Below, piece by piece: positions 14,119-29,695 of a DNA stretch of 64,000 nucleotides; positions within the stretch are counted from its first letter, which is position 1, and each line of letters begins with the position of its first letter. Below the pieces are notes generated by a model, which saw only the letters and a list, made by a program, of their open reading frames with translations, had not been told where the DNA came from and did not search any database. Made by a program: the position numbers and the translations under genes. The DNA comes from Octopus vulgaris (lineage: Eukaryota): NCBI GenBank assembly GCA_951406725.2, contig OX597838.1, positions 1,674,001 through 1,738,000 of the forward strand. Direction: 5' to 3'.

Positions 14119-14609
14119 GCTATAGAGGGGAGTGTCTAATTTTCTTTCTTCTTTCTCATGTAGTTGCTCTATTCTACACCAATCAGTGTGAATGCTGAAT
14201 GCACCCTCCCCCACCCTCACCCCACCTACCGTTCTCAGTGTCACACCTCGCTTCCCCCTTCACCCCACCCCCTGCACGCTCTGTAGATTTCTCAAGCTTC
14301 CGTTTAATTCCTTATGTGTAGCAACCATTATATCGGTCACAGTCTGTTGACATTTCAAGATTTGCTCTCTTCCGGATGCTAATCATTTAACATCATCATC
14401 AGCATCAGCATCAGCATCATCATCAACAACAGCAACAATAACCACAGATATAATGCCAGTGGCTACTACTACCACTGCTGCTGCTGCTGCTACTAATGTA
14501 CAAGTGTTATTCTAATGGTAATGACAATGAAATATTTATTAATTGAAAATTTAGGAATGAAACGTATTAACTCTAATTAGAATAACTAATTAATTATTTT
14601 TCCCCCTAA

Positions 14610-15035
14610 TCTTGGCAAAAGTCCAGCAATTTTAAGGGAACAAGCAAGTTGATTACGTCGAACTCAGTACTCAGTTGTTACCTGTTTTATCGATCGGAAA
14701 AGATAATGATTAAAATCGATGCAGCCGGAATTTGAACTCAGAACGCAGAGTTGGTAGAAATGCTGTTGAGTGTTTCGTCTGACACGCTAAGGACTTTGCC
14801 AGATCGCTACATACATAAAGGTAATAAAAATGGTTTCAAAGTTTGGCCCAAGGCCAGCAATTTCGGGGAAGAGGATAAGTCGACCCCAGTACACAACTGG
14901 TACTTATTTATCGACCCTGAAAGAGTGTAAGGCAAAGTCGATTGAGGTGGTATTTGAACCCAGAACGTAAAGACGAACGAAATGCCACTAACAATTTTGC
15001 CCGGAGTGCTAACGATTCTACCAGCTCACCGCCTG
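14610..15035 (-). mobile_element. Two adjacent degenerate copies of the abundant tRNA-derived SINE (Meta-domain-like core)
   Basis: Reverse complements of ggcgagctggcagaatcgttagcac...gttcaaat...gactttgcctt...gggtcgataaataagtaccag. Confidence 0.8.
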
Positions 15036-15040
15036 AAACA

Positions 15041-15091
<51 letters not shown>

Positions 15092-15096
<5 letters not shown>

Positions 15097-15350
15097 GGAA
15101 AAAATGAAAGGAAAATATAAGGAATTGGAAAGAGAAGCGAGGAATTTGTGGCCCAGGAGGGCACTTGTCGAACAGGCTTAGTAGTTTCCTTATAGAGATT
15201 GGTGTAACTACAAAAGCTGCATTAAACAGAAGTCTGTTGGGAAGAGCAAGGAATGTAAGAAGGGTCGTGGATATGTGAGGGAATTGGTTTCTGACCCGGT
15301 GTCAGGGACATTGATTCTGAGTGTAAGACATTAGTGCACGGTATGAATAA
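15092..15350 (+). mobile_element. Degenerate 3' fragment of an R4/Dong-like element after (AAT)n
   Basis: KEKMKGKYKELEREARNLW and LLGRARNVRRVVDM* fit the REL C-terminus. It follows an AAT tract, the known type of Dong target. Confidence 0.55.
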
Positions 15351-15429
15351 TAAGAACAATGGTGCTGATGATGATGACGATGGTGGTGGTGATGGTGATG
15401 GTGATGGTGGTGGTGGTGGTGGTGATGAG

Positions 15430-15492
<63 letters not shown>

Positions 15493-15704
15493 AAGCGAAG
15501 TGTAAGATTATATTTACGGCAAATACAGAGTATGGAGGCCATCTGTAATTCGAAAACTAATATAATAGATCCAGTGTTAGACGACATAAGATGCAAACAA
15601 ATAAAAAGAAAAGGTATTTTGTGAGCTGAAAGAAGTGAAGAAATAAAAGAAAGAGGCTGAAGTGTGGGGTAGACGGGGAGGAGAAAGGGGGAAACGATGG
15701 AAAT

Positions 15705-15758
<54 letters not shown>

Positions 15759-15769
15759 AGTGCAGTATG

Positions 15770-16260
15770 TTCCTGGAAAGTTTCTGGATGTCACTAGAAA
15801 TCTGGCCATCCTGCTCCTGTGGGTGACTAGATGACCGCTAGTCTCAAGGTATTTTGCTGTCACTCACATTTAGTACCTCCAACTTACATCCCAGATCTAG
15901 GAAGATCACCTGTGCCCCTAAACCTTTTAGGAAAAGCACTGCTACTCCACTCCCTGATCCTGTCAAATCACAAGGTGTATAAATCTTGTAGTTGTCAAAT
16001 ATGGGGCCGAGTGCAAGCGTTCCAGGAATTCTGGTTTCATTAATGGTAACTACATCTATGTTAAGTGATCTGAGGGTATTGAGTTAGTGGCCTTGCTTCC
16101 ATCCTGACCCCAGACCACGTCCATTAACACATCCTGCTCCAAGTGACACTGTGTTTATTGGAGAAAACAGAGGGAGAGGTTACCCACCAACGTCATTTTG
16201 AGCAGTGGATGGTCTGCGTTGTTTTTCGAAAGGGTAGCCATTGAAAGACCCCTGTAATGA
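15770..16260 (-). mobile_element. Tx1/L1-like LINE endonuclease fragment
   Basis: The minus strand reads GCVNGRGL..GH*LNTLRSLNIDVVTINETR..SGVAVLF, matching the APE motifs NxRGL, D....ET and GVA.L. Confidence 0.65.
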
Positions 16261-17044
16261 CGTTTTGTTTACGGCTTTTCTAAAACTCCCAATACTTCCT
16301 GGGAAATTGCCTCAGAGAGTGCGATAAATCTGACTTGATTCTCTTATTTGATACTCAAGATTTATATTTCTTCCGCTTTTCTTGTCATTTCGTCTCTGTA
16401 ATGTTTTTCTATGTCGACCATCAATTCGTCGTTATTATTTATGTTTATAACGATGCACTTGACTATGTTTTCTATTTGCGTGTTTCGTTGTGGTTGTTGT
16501 TGCTATTATTGCTTCTTTTGATGGTTTGTTGTTGTTTTGCCTGTAAATTCTCTTGTTGTTGTTGTAGGGGATAAAAATAGAGGGTTTGGTTGTTGTAATG
16601 ATCGTTTCGTGGTTTACTGTTCTTGTTGTTCTTTGTGTTGATTCGGTGCGTGTGCTGGCATGCGACTATTTAGGGAGATGTTTGATTATTTCGCTTTGTT
16701 AGGGATTTTTGATAGCAACAACAACAACAACCACAACCACTATTATCATCACAACAAGAACGACACTAGCATTAATTATATGTAATTAAGGCAGAACGTT
16801 AGTGATTTGTTGAAGAGAAGAGCTAAGATGACTGCATTGATATCAGTAGTTAACAGGAATTTGATTCATGGGGCTGGATGGAAGGAAAAGTAGGCCCTAG
16901 CTGGAGCTCATTGTTGAGAAAGAAAACTGAGTCTGTCAGGTGACATCTAACAATTAAGGAATGATTTCGGTAGAAAGAGAGGGGGAGTGCAGTACAGGAA
17001 GGTAACCACAACATGGCAAAGAGGCAAAAGAGGGATTGGCTCAT

Positions 17045-17078
<34 letters not shown>

Positions 17079-17080
17079 GT

Positions 17081-17374
17081 GTATATTGAAAGGGCAAAAC
17101 TACTAGGTAGTCGGCCGTATGCTAGAAATAGATCACCTACGATCAAACTACAAAGAAAAGAATGTTCTCTAGAGGAAAATTCAGCAGACACCAGAACAAT
17201 TAGGCGGGTGAGACAGATGAAAATTATATAAAAAACCAGAATTACTCACAGACCGGCGGTTTCGTCTATTAACAAATGAATTACTTATAGAATCCAATTG
17301 TCAGTAGACTCGTCAGTGCGATCGTTCCTCAGGTAATGTAATTTGTAAAACTAACTACCAGCTTTCCGTACCAA

Positions 17375-17378
<4 letters not shown>
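17081..17378 (-). mobile_element. ~300-bp ORF-less element inserted in (TA)n carrying a hammerhead ribozyme (PLE pseudo-LTR / retrozyme-like)
   Basis: Unique-sequence island flanked on both sides by TA repeats, containing the complete hammerhead at 17246-17321. Confidence 0.7.
17246..17321 (-). ncRNA. Type I hammerhead ribozyme, apparently intact
   Basis: Minus strand: UCGCA-CUGACGA-[GUCUACUGACAAUUGGAUU cuauaagu AAUUCAUUUGUUAAUAGAC]-GAAAC-CGCCG-GUC-UGUGA. All core nucleotides are present, with a 5-bp stem I, ~19-bp stem II, 3-bp stem III and a GUC cleavage triplet. Confidence 0.85.
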
Positions 17379-17453
<75 letters not shown>

Positions 17454-17793
17454 GTATGTATTTATATATATATATATATGTATGTATATACATATATATG
17501 TATGTATATGTATGTATATGTATATATATGCATATATATATATATGTATACATATGTATATATATATATATATGTATGTACATATATACGTATATGCATG
17601 TACATATATACGTAAATATATATAATATATGTATGTATATGTTCGTATATAAATATATGTATATATATATACATATGTATATATATAATATATATAATAT
17701 ATGTATATATATAATATATATAATATATATATAATATATAATATATATATGCATGTATATAAATATGTATTTACATACATAAATACACACACA

Positions 17794-17872
<79 letters not shown>

Positions 17873-18727
17873 ATCACTTTTTAAAGTTATCGCTAATTAG
17901 CAATTACTATGTAGGTCTAGAAATAGGTGATTTTAGCCGCCCCAAAGGCAGCTGTGAACTTTAAGATAAACTGTGCCATATTTGCACTCCTCGCCCCAGA
18001 AATCAATACATTCAATATCGAATACCTTTTCCCCCAGTTGAATATTAGACAGCAGCACGGCTCTATCACCTCTCACCTGTTGTTATACGAGATAAAGTAC
18101 CAGGTGTGTGCTGGGTCGAGTTCTTCGTCAACAAGCCATTCCTCAAAAAATCGGTTTTTATCTGACAGCAGAAGAATTCCGGTGGAAATTTTGCGTTTTA
18201 ATTTTTTTCGAATGTGTGTGTGTGCATGTGTGTGGTCATAAGAGTGCTTGCATTTGTATTTGTGTGTGTGTGTGTGTGTGAAAGAGAGAGAGAGAGAGAG
18301 GGAGAGGAAGAGAGAGAGACACAGTGAGAGAGGGAAAGAGGCAAAGTGAGAGAGAAAGAGAGAAAGAGAGAAAGAGAGAGAGAGTGCGAACGAGAAAGAG
18401 AGAAAGAGAGAGAGAGAGAGAGAGAGCGAAAGAGAAAGAGAGAAAGCGAGAAAGCGAGACAGAGTTTGCGCGTGCAAGTGCGTGTGTGAGTGAATGTGTG
18501 TGTGTCTGTGTTTGTGAATGCATATATATACGTGAGGGTGTGTGTGTGTGTGTTTATACATGTGTGCATCTGCATGCTTTCTTTTTTCCATAATATTCCA
18601 TTGATTGTCCGTGCGTGCGTGTATGTGTGTGTGTGTATGCGTGTGAGAGATAGATAGCGAGTGCGTGTGTATATGTGTATCTGTGTTTGTGTGTGCGTGT
18701 ATATATGTGTGTGTTTGTGTGTTTGTT

Positions 18728-18758
<31 letters not shown>

Positions 18759-19975
18759 GTGCGTGCGCGAATGCCAGTTCTGTTTCAATTGCTATACAAG
18801 ACAGGAAAAGAAAAAAAATCTCGTTTCTTTGCTACAATCGAAAGAAATCATAAAATTATGTAATGCAGTGTGTACATGCCTCTGTGTGTGTGTGTGTGTA
18901 TGCCTGTTCATATGTATGTTTATGCAGGTCAGTACATGTATGTGTATTGGTCTGCCCATGTATGTGTGTGTGAGATTGTACATTTATATGTGTGTGTGTA
19001 CACATGCCTATGTTGATGCATGCATACGTTTATATATCAATACATGTGCGTGTGCATGTGTGTATATGTGTGTGTGTGTCGTATGGGACATTTTGTATTC
19101 GATGCAAATCAATTTGATATACACTAGCATATATATATTTACATACACATTTATATGTATATGCACACACACACACACATTTATATGTATATGCATACAC
19201 ACACACACATACAAGTAGATTTGTGTCGAAGTTTGTATACATGTGTTGTGAATGTGCATCTGTGTGTGTGTGCGTACATAAATACATACATATATATACA
19301 CACACACACATATATATGCAGATATAAAATTGCATTGTATAGAAAATAGTACGCACAACACAAACCGGTATTCTCCAGTGTACATATACAGACAGACACA
19401 TATATATATCCACGTTCTCACGCACACAGACACACACACATAAACTCACAATCTGATGCACTCGGTCACATTCACACAATGAAAAACACACAGACGAGTT
19501 CACTGGCGCATGCACATACACACATACAGACTCACTTGATAATGCACTCAAACCGACACACACGCACACACACATGTTATTGCATAGATTTGTGGTGTTC
19601 CGATCATAGGAAACATCCAAGAATATTTTAACGATCTGCTATGGCGTTGCAGAATAACACACACATTATTTGTAAATTTATATATACGTACTTTACGTGT
19701 GTATACATACACAAACACGCACACACACACGTGGGCACGTATATATATAGTTATATCCTAACCTACATGATGTTCAATCTAAAAGAGTGACAGTTCATTA
19801 ACAAGACTAATTAAGATGTTTGTCATGTAGAAAATATAACGAAGAATATGGCAAATATTTCACGAAGCGAAAATCTGAGTAGGTTCTATGGAAAATTTGA
19901 ACGACAAATCTTCTAATCGAATAATGATGTCGAATTGAAGAACGCTTTTCGTTTGTTTATATATATATATATACA

Positions 19976-20012
<37 letters not shown>

Positions 20013-20457
20013 GATTGGATATTTTTCCTTTCTTTTTATTGCCGTAATTACTGTGAATATAATTACCATCGTGAGACCATTAACGAGATTTACCATTTAT
20101 TGGCAGGTGGCTTGGAATGGTCTCCCTGCTTCTCTGTAGAATTTCATATTTGTCTTCATTTTGTACCGGATATTGGAAGTGTTTGGGAAAATCGTGTTGT
20201 GACATTTATGCACGTATATACAACCGTATACACACGTATACACGCATATACACACGCATACACTCAAGCATACACACACGTGCAATACACCTATACACAC
20301 GCGTACGTACACACCTAGGCATATACATACGCACATACATGTACACCCACGTACACAAATTCACATAAACTTATAGGCATGCGCATGCACACGTACAAAT
20401 ACACATACGTGAGCATACATAAACACACACACACACATACATACATACATACATACA

Positions 20458-20493
<36 letters not shown>

Positions 20494-21330
20494 CGTACGT
20501 ACTTACATACATTCATACACAACATGTACAGACACTCACGCCAAGTTTGTCTTATAAACTGAAGAGAACCCAACCCTTAGAGCAGAGTATAGATAGTTGA
20601 GGCTGGTTTTGTACGATACTCCACTGTTTCTGGAAATTACAGTATTTTATGAAATTCTGAATGTTGACTACAAAGCCAAGTGATAACAAGGTAACAACGC
20701 ATGTGATGCTAGAAAGAGCAGCTAAATCTCTTTCACATTTCATATTCTACTGTTTTGAAAAATAAAAAAAAAGAAGACACATTGATAATATTTTTGTTTA
20801 GAAAAAGGGCGTTGTACCCTCGGCTTATTAGGTCCTCCGTATCTCAGTGACTTGATGATGTCGGCAGAATTGAAGGGGTGGATACAAAGAGATATCGGAG
20901 TGGGGTGGCTTCAGAGGGGAAGGACTGGAAAAGTGTTTAAAGTGTTCTGTATCCCAGCTGAATATATTTAAGTGTGCGCTCGGGGCTGCATTGATTTCCA
21001 TCAAGGGTGTGCTTGATTGGGGCTAATATAGACTTAAGCAACAACAACAACAACAGAAAATCCGAGTGAAAATATGCGCAGTTTTGTTGTTGTTGTTGTG
21101 AAAAGTCTAAATCCAGCTTGAACGATACAAACAGCAATAGAAGGATGGGATGAAAACAGAATTGGACATTAGCAGATTTAAGTTGTCTGGAAAAGTCCAA
21201 ATAGGTTTAGTGAAGTGTAGAAATGGAATTACTTCGGTAGAAGGTTAATGAAAGCTGCCAGAAATGAAAAGTGAACCGTTTAAGAAAATCCATTACTTGT
21301 TATATATATATGTGTGTGTGTGTGTGTGTC

Positions 21331-21362
<32 letters not shown>

Positions 21363-21515
21363 TGAGTGTGTGTGTGTGTGTTTGTATGTATCTATGTATT
21401 TATGTTTATATGTATGTAAAAATCTATATGCATGCACGCGCACATACACACACATATACATAAATACATCTATATATATGTATATATATATGTGTGTATA
21501 TATATATATATACAC

Positions 21516-21589
<74 letters not shown>

Positions 21590-22985
21590 GAAGGCACACG
21601 AGTGTGTGATTACGTATATATTAAAGTTAGAGCTAACAATATTAAGTTGTGCTTTGAAAAACAAACAAAAAACGAAATAAAATCGCAAAGCTGAAAATGG
21701 AAGTCATTTTGAAAAGTAAAGGTGGGATGAAGTGGAATGGTTTGTGGAAATATTTATCGGCCATTATCACGATATTTACAGTATTGAATCTCTCTGCGTT
21801 GAATATCCCTTCTGCGGCTTCGAAAAACAACATTTTCAACACTGATACGCATCACTGACAATTTGTCGACTTTCATCAATGTTCCTCCTCCTTCTCCTCC
21901 TCCTCCTCCTGCTCCTCCTGCTCCTCCCCTTCACCCACGAGATAAAGATTCGTTTTGATTTGCAGTAGAGTAGGAGATCGCATCCACTCACCTGCAGTCT
22001 GTCTTTTACTTGTTTCAATCATTTGTTTGCGGCCGTGCTGGGGCACCGCTTTATAATTTATTATTATGGATGGGATCCAACCGGGCGCTGCAACAGAGTT
22101 CACTCCCCACACTTTTCGGTCTTTCGTCACTGCTTCGAGCTCCTGCATACATCCCAGACCAGTGTCTACAATCAAATTGTCAATGTAAGTGTGACGAAGT
22201 GGGTGTTACAACTCTAATTTAGATGCTTCCAGTTCAGAGTGGCACCGCACTGAAGGGCTTTTAGTCAAGCAAGTCGACCCCTGGATTTTTTTTCTTTTTA
22301 AGCCTAATGCTTACTCTATCGTCTCTTTTGCCCAACCGTTAAGTTTCAAGAATGTAAACACACCAACTCCGGTTGTCAAGCCGTTGTTGTTGTGCCAGAA
22401 ATCTGTTTTAGTTGAATAGAATGTTCATCAAAGGCGTTCCAGATGTGACCGCCAATCATTTCTCAATCTCCTGTTTCAGTCTGTAGACAAGAACTGGTTA
22501 ATTGTCGCGTACTGCTGGGGGCCACTTCTTGCTCTACAGAGAGTTCTCGTAATTGTCATTAGTGTAAAAACGAATTTCTCATTTTGGTTGTAACTCTTTC
22601 TATGGGTTAATACAAATTTTCATCTCACTATATTTAATTTCTGACACAAATACGAGATCAGGTCTACCTAAGTTCCCGTCTACAGTAGTGAAATGCCGGG
22701 CACGTACTTTAATGAAATGATTACGTTACCTGTTTACACAAGTTTAAAATTTTGCTTCAGGATCGTGGTTTGATGCAATACTTTAATCTATGAAAGCATC
22801 AATGAAATGATAACGAAACATCTGTAGTAAATTTTAACGCCATTCGCCTTCTTCCTGTTTACCTACACCACTAGTCGAACCAACCCCGAGTCCGATTTAC
22901 TACTTAGATTGGATTTGTTACCTGAATATATATGCATATGTATATATAAATATAAATATAAATGTAAATATAAATAAAAATATAA

Positions 22986-23053
<68 letters not shown>

Positions 23054-23059
<6 letters not shown>

Positions 23060-23230
23060 AATCCAAACATGAAAACACAAAGAGAAAACACAACGCGAGG
23101 ACCTGGAACAAGTATAGTGTTATTGGACGCTCAGGAAAGGAAAGAGAAAAGGAGGATTTAACGTTTCAAGCGGAGCTCTTCATCAGAAACAGGAAAAGGA
23201 AAGGTCCAAGGAAGGGAAGACGGAGGAAGA
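23054..23230 (-). mobile_element. PLE-terminus-like short element in (TA)n with minimal hammerhead at 23156-23190
   Basis: Minus strand GUUU-CUGAUGA-A-GAGC ucc GCUU-GAAACGUU-AAAU. Homologous, in opposite orientation, to 29275-29440. Confidence 0.7.
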
Positions 23231-23793
23231 TATATATACCCGTAGTACACTACCAAATGACACCTGATGGTTTTTTTCCTTACTGGTAACCCAGTGTTAT
23301 GGTACTCAGTCAGGAATGCCCCCAACGCTGCCGATATGCCTAGTTCCAGTGAATCCTGAAACTAATCTGTCTATCTCCCTCTCTCTCTCCCTCCCTCTCT
23401 CTATATATATAGCGAGAGAGTGAGAGAGAAAGAGAGAAAAAGAGAGGAAGTGAGAGACAGAGAGATAAATAAAGACGCTCTTTACAATGTTATACATCTA
23501 CATGTTTTATACTGTTTATATGCCAATGTTCCTTGCACTGCTTATATAACTACTCCCTTCCTGGACTGCCTACACCAATCCAATTGTTTGTCTCTTCACC
23601 TTGCTGCCAAGAATGGTTGACGGATGAATTCTGAGTTTCGATATTGAAATCTTGTGTAGCTTTCATAAACACAAATATGTATGTATGTGTGTGCGTATAC
23701 CTGTACACACACACACACGCATATATCTATACATATTATGTCATATTATATACGCATATATATATGTTATATATGTCGTATATATATAGATGC

Positions 23794-23827
<34 letters not shown>

Positions 23828-24604
23828 ACATATAGGCACATATGAATGTCTGTGTGTGTGTGTTTATGTGTGTGTGTGTGTGTGTGTGTGTTTATGTGTG
23901 TGTGTAGCAGCTGATTAAATAATTAATTATATCCAAAACCATTTTTGGCTTCGCTCTTTTTCACTGCATGGTTCATATTGACATTTCTGCTCACGAGAGG
24001 TTTATTGAAATACATCGGCAGCAGAGGCAGCATCGCCACCAAAACCACCACCACCACCACCACCACCACCTCCACAATCATCATCATCAAGACAATCATC
24101 CTTGTCAGCAGTATCACCACTATCATCATCATTCTATCATCATCATCATCATCCTTGTCACCTGATCGTCATCCTATCATCATCATCATCACCCCTATTG
24201 TCTTCTTCATTATCATCATCCCCGCCATGACGATTAACACCACTACCACTAAAACCACCACATACTCTACCATCACCATCACTTCATCCCCTCGTCCTCC
24301 TTCTTGTCCTCCTCCCCGTCCTCCTCCTCCTCCTCCTCCTCCTCATCATCATCATCAACATCATCATCATGTTTCCATTAGTCAAACTTACGAGTATTAT
24401 AGTAACAGGTTCTTAGTAGTTGTTTGTATCTTAGTATACACACACACACGCACATACCTGGGTGCACGCACGCACGAAAGTTTATGTGTTACTCTGTATG
24501 TGTGTGTGTATGCGTATGCGGGTGTTGGTATATGTACACCCACCCACCTATTTCTAAGCATATTCATACAGCCACACACCCATCCACACAAATACAAACC
24601 CTAT

Positions 24605-24637
<33 letters not shown>

Positions 24638-24866
24638 GCACCAGCACCACTACCACCACCACCACCACCACCACCACCACCACCACCACCACCACCACCA
24701 CCACCACCACCACCACCACAACCACCACCACCACCACCACCACCACGCAACATTGTTTCCGCTTCCTGATTGTTCAGAATTAACTGAATGGTTTATCGCT
24801 AGATTGGTGTGTGTTTGTGTGTATGCGTGTCTGTTTGTCCCTGTTTGTGGTTGTTTACATGTGTAT

Positions 24867-24927
<61 letters not shown>

Positions 24928-25569
24928 CATACTTCTGTATATGTATGTGTATGTATGTATGTAGAATATGTGCATAAGTCTCTGTACAGGAATGTGTGCA
25001 CGTGTTGCATGCTGTGTGTACGTGGTATATACGAGCATGTGGTGTATATATCTACATACACACACACACACACACACACACACCCAAACACATACACACA
25101 CACACACACACATACATACACATGTGTGTATGAATGTGCATGCATTGAGAGAGTTTTCGATTGTGCATCATTTCAAATTCCCTCTCCCTCGCCCCCCCCC
25201 TCCACCCTCCACCCTCCTCACCAGTGGACCTAGCGTGAGAACAAGACAGCAACGAAGCCTTTCAATGTTTGTTTATCTGCTAAAAATAGCAGCCACGTCT
25301 CTCTTAAATCACATACCACCTAATTAAAAAGAAAGAAAGCGAGAAATGAAGAAAGAAAGGAAAAAATAGAAAGAGAGGAATCAACGCCAGATTCTTCGCC
25401 ATTCTCTTTCCAATCTTTAACAAATCCTGCCATCTAACCCTATCATATTCTGCATGTGATCATCGTCGTCATCATCATCATCACCATCACCATCACCATC
25501 ATAAAAAAATAATGATGATGATGAGGAAGATAATGATGATGACGACAAGTACAATAATAATAATTTCTA

Positions 25570-25750
25570 CCAAAGGCACAAATAGTGGGGAGATATTGGG
25601 GAAGGGAGCTAGTCGATTATATCGACCCCAGTACGCAACTGGTACTTAATTTATCGAACCCGAAAGGATGAAAGGCAAAGTTTACCTCGGCGGAATTTGA
25701 TCACAGAACATTTCGTCCAACGTGCTAACAGTTCTGCCAGATCGCCGCCT
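25570..25750 (-). mobile_element. tRNA-derived SINE (Meta-domain-like), internally deleted
   Basis: Reverse complement of the family consensus seen at 35368. Confidence 0.8.
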
Positions 25751-25770
25751 TAATGATGATGATGATGATG

Positions 25771-25840
<70 letters not shown>

Positions 25841-27196
25841 TAATAATTTGTTTTATTGGCCACAAAACATTAAGGGCAATATCAGAGGACGATGTATGCA
25901 AAAGGTGGTGCGGGGTTAAATTCGCTCAAAATTGAGCACAACAAGAAGAATATAAGAAAAACGATGTAAAAATAGAATTTAGGGAAAATATATAAATGGG
26001 ATCCATAATGGTGGAGCAGTCCATCTGGAGCAACGGGAAGTGGGCAGAACCCACAGAAAATAAAAGGCCTGAATTACTTTTTTGTATCCGGGTCATGTTT
26101 CAGTTTCTTTACTCTTACTTAGAAAGATGCTCAGAGATGGTTTCTTTCCCCTGAAACTTTCGGGGTTCCGGATGACTCGCCCCTCCCCCATCCAATTTTG
26201 CCATTTTCACTCACGCTGAAACGACGTGGAAGGATTTTGGTGAATTATGGTCTCAAATCCGACCGAGATAAATTCTATAGGGCTTGAGAGGGGTGGTGGA
26301 GTAGAAGGCAAACATCGAATATTTTTACCATTCCAATCTTTGGCTCCTTCCACGTGTGCAAGAGTCTATTAATGATTTTGTGTAATAAATCTAAATAACC
26401 AATAAATAAATGAATAAGGGTGGGAGGTGGGGGTGTCTGTAGAAGTGTAGAGAGACTGGGAAAGAAGATGATGAGAGAGATTAGAGAAGAGAAAAGAGAA
26501 AAAAAGAAGGGGGGAATGAGAGAAAAAAGAAAGGACGAGAGAGAGAGAGAGTGAGAGAAGGTGGGAATGAGTGGGGTGGGGTGGGGGATGAGGAGAAAGA
26601 CAAAGAAAGGAACGGGAAAGAATTGGAAAATACAGAAACATCGCGAAACAGCCAAGTGACGGTGAGTGAAATGACAAGTGGACCTATTTATAGATCCTGT
26701 TCCGCTTCGCTGAGCATCCCTTCGTTCATAACCACGGAAGAAGTAAAAGTTGCAGCGTTAAAAAGTTGATCCTGTAACTCCGGTCCCTATTTTCTTTATG
26801 TCTCAGCTTCCTCTCTATTCTTTATTTTATATTTTCTAAATTTCTTTTCACCCATCTTTTTTTCTTTATCTTCAAGACCCCACCCCTTCAACCTCTACTT
26901 CCCCCTCCCCCCTCGATATTACAGAAAACAATATGAAGATCCGTTCTTTTGTCGTGGTTGTCACCGCCTCCGCTGCCGCCATTCCAAATCTAGTCGAGTG
27001 GTTCTTAAGGAGAATTACTGTGCGCCAAGGATTCTAAAAATGTAAAAGAGAAGGTTTTAATCCATTCTAATATTTGAGTATTATGAAACCTATGTTATTC
27101 CCTATCTTGTGCTACAAAAGTTTGATTAATAAAGCGAAGGGATTTTGTTAAATCGCTTCCAACCTTTGGAATGCTTTCCAAAGTTTCCCATCAGAC

Positions 27197-27364
27197 ATGG
27201 CTGGGTGGTGGGAAGATTGCTTCCCAACCACATGGTTCTGGATTCAGTCCCGCTGCGTGGCACCTTGGGCTAATATCTTCTGCTATAGCGTCGAGCCGAC
27301 AAGTCTTGTGAGTGAATTTGGTAGGCGGAAACTGAAAGAATCCCGTCGTATATATATGCGTGTA

Positions 27365-27399
<35 letters not shown>

Positions 27400-27580
27400 C
27401 TTCAACACAACTTGACATCCGGTGTTTGCCTCCCCATTACTCACCGGTTTGGAAAAAAGTCACCGTTAGAATAGTTCAAGGTTTCAAAAAAATTATAAGT
27501 CGTGGGGCCGATTTGTTCGAGCAAAACCCTTCAAGGCGTTGCCCCAGGATGGAATTGACTGAAACAAGTAAAAGAGTAAA
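27197..27580 (+). mobile_element. tRNA-derived CORE-like SINE with internal (TG/TA)n
   Basis: catggctg.gtgg...gattcagtcccgctgcgtggcaccttggg...ggaaactgaaagaa.cccgtcg; same family as 62995. Confidence 0.8.
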
Positions 27581-28385
27581 AGACAACTTTATTTCCACTG
27601 AATGAAGTGATGCATTCCGACGGTGGAAAGATTTCTACTAAAACCAAATCTGCCTCTTACTGCGCCACGATTCTAGCATCTCGTCTGGCTTCACAGTTTT
27701 CTCGTTCTCTTCTTCTACAAGTATTTCTCTCTTTCTCTCATCCTTTCCCTCGTCCCCCTTCTCTCAACTCCCTTCCCCCCCGTCCCCATTGTTTATTTAA
27801 TGTTTGATTTTCAACAATTATCTTCTCTGAAACATCTAATTAACAAACGCTCGCAAACGACCGCATTCATAAACACTCGCCCACACACACACACGCTTAC
27901 ATTCATACGTAGACACACAAACACATATATCCACACTCCAAATACAAATACACATAGCTACACACCTACTCCCATATGCATACACATACATATATTCATA
28001 CACACACCCATATGTATAAACATTCATACATACACACATATACTGGGTCGTGCATTCTTACACACACACACACACACACACTCATACATACATAGATACA
28101 TACATACACACACGCACACAGACCGAGACAAATACCTTTATACAAGATGCATCTTCCATAACTTGGTTTTGGCATTAAACTATAATTTATATTGTAGTTG
28201 TGTGATATGTAATATATACACACACACGCACAAAGCACACACTCACATATATATGTGCGAATGCATGTGTGTGTATGTGTGGAGGTGGCATGACCAAACG
28301 GCCGAGATGTAGGATCCACATTCCTGAGAGCCCATGTTCAATCCACTTGGCCAGCGACGTCCCTTGGCCAGCGTCAGGACGGAGA

Positions 28386-29229
<844 letters not shown>

Positions 29230-29274
29230 CGTTATGAATCTATAAAATATAACCAGATGTGAATCTTTGGCGAT

Positions 29275-29435
29275 TTTCTTCCTCCGTCTTCCCTTCATTT
29301 GTACTTTCCTCTATTTCTGAAGAAGAGTTTTGCTCGAAACGTTAAATCTTCTTTCTCTCCTTTCTTGAGCGTCTGATAATACAGTACTTGTACCAAGTCC
29401 TCGCGTTGTTTTTCATGTTCGTTCTTCGTTTGAAT

Positions 29436-29440
<5 letters not shown>
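29275..29440 (+). mobile_element. PLE-terminus-like short element next to (TA)n with minimal hammerhead at 29313-29347
   Basis: AUUU-CUGAAGA-A-GAGU uuu GCUC-GAAACGUU-AAAU; homologous to 23054-23230. Confidence 0.7.
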
Positions 29441-29533
<93 letters not shown>

Positions 29534-29647
29534 GCACATATATATATTTATGTATATATACATGTATATATATATATATATTTATATGTATGTATGTGTG
29601 TATGTATGCATATAAATATACACGTATGCGCACATTTCTATTTATAC

Positions 29648-29695
<48 letters not shown>

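Noticed and set aside
18038-18103. 66-nt segment with ccccag acceptor and CAG|gtgtgt donor
   Set aside because: It has an immediate stop in phase 2, which this intron requires, plus a weak donor and no CNG similarity.
22480-22548. 69-nt segment with good acceptor
   Set aside because: Stop in phase 2, weak gtaatt donor, no homology.
26684-26693. CTATTTATAG (MEF2 site / minus-strand TATA)
   Set aside because: Single short AT-rich motif with no convincingly spaced initiator.
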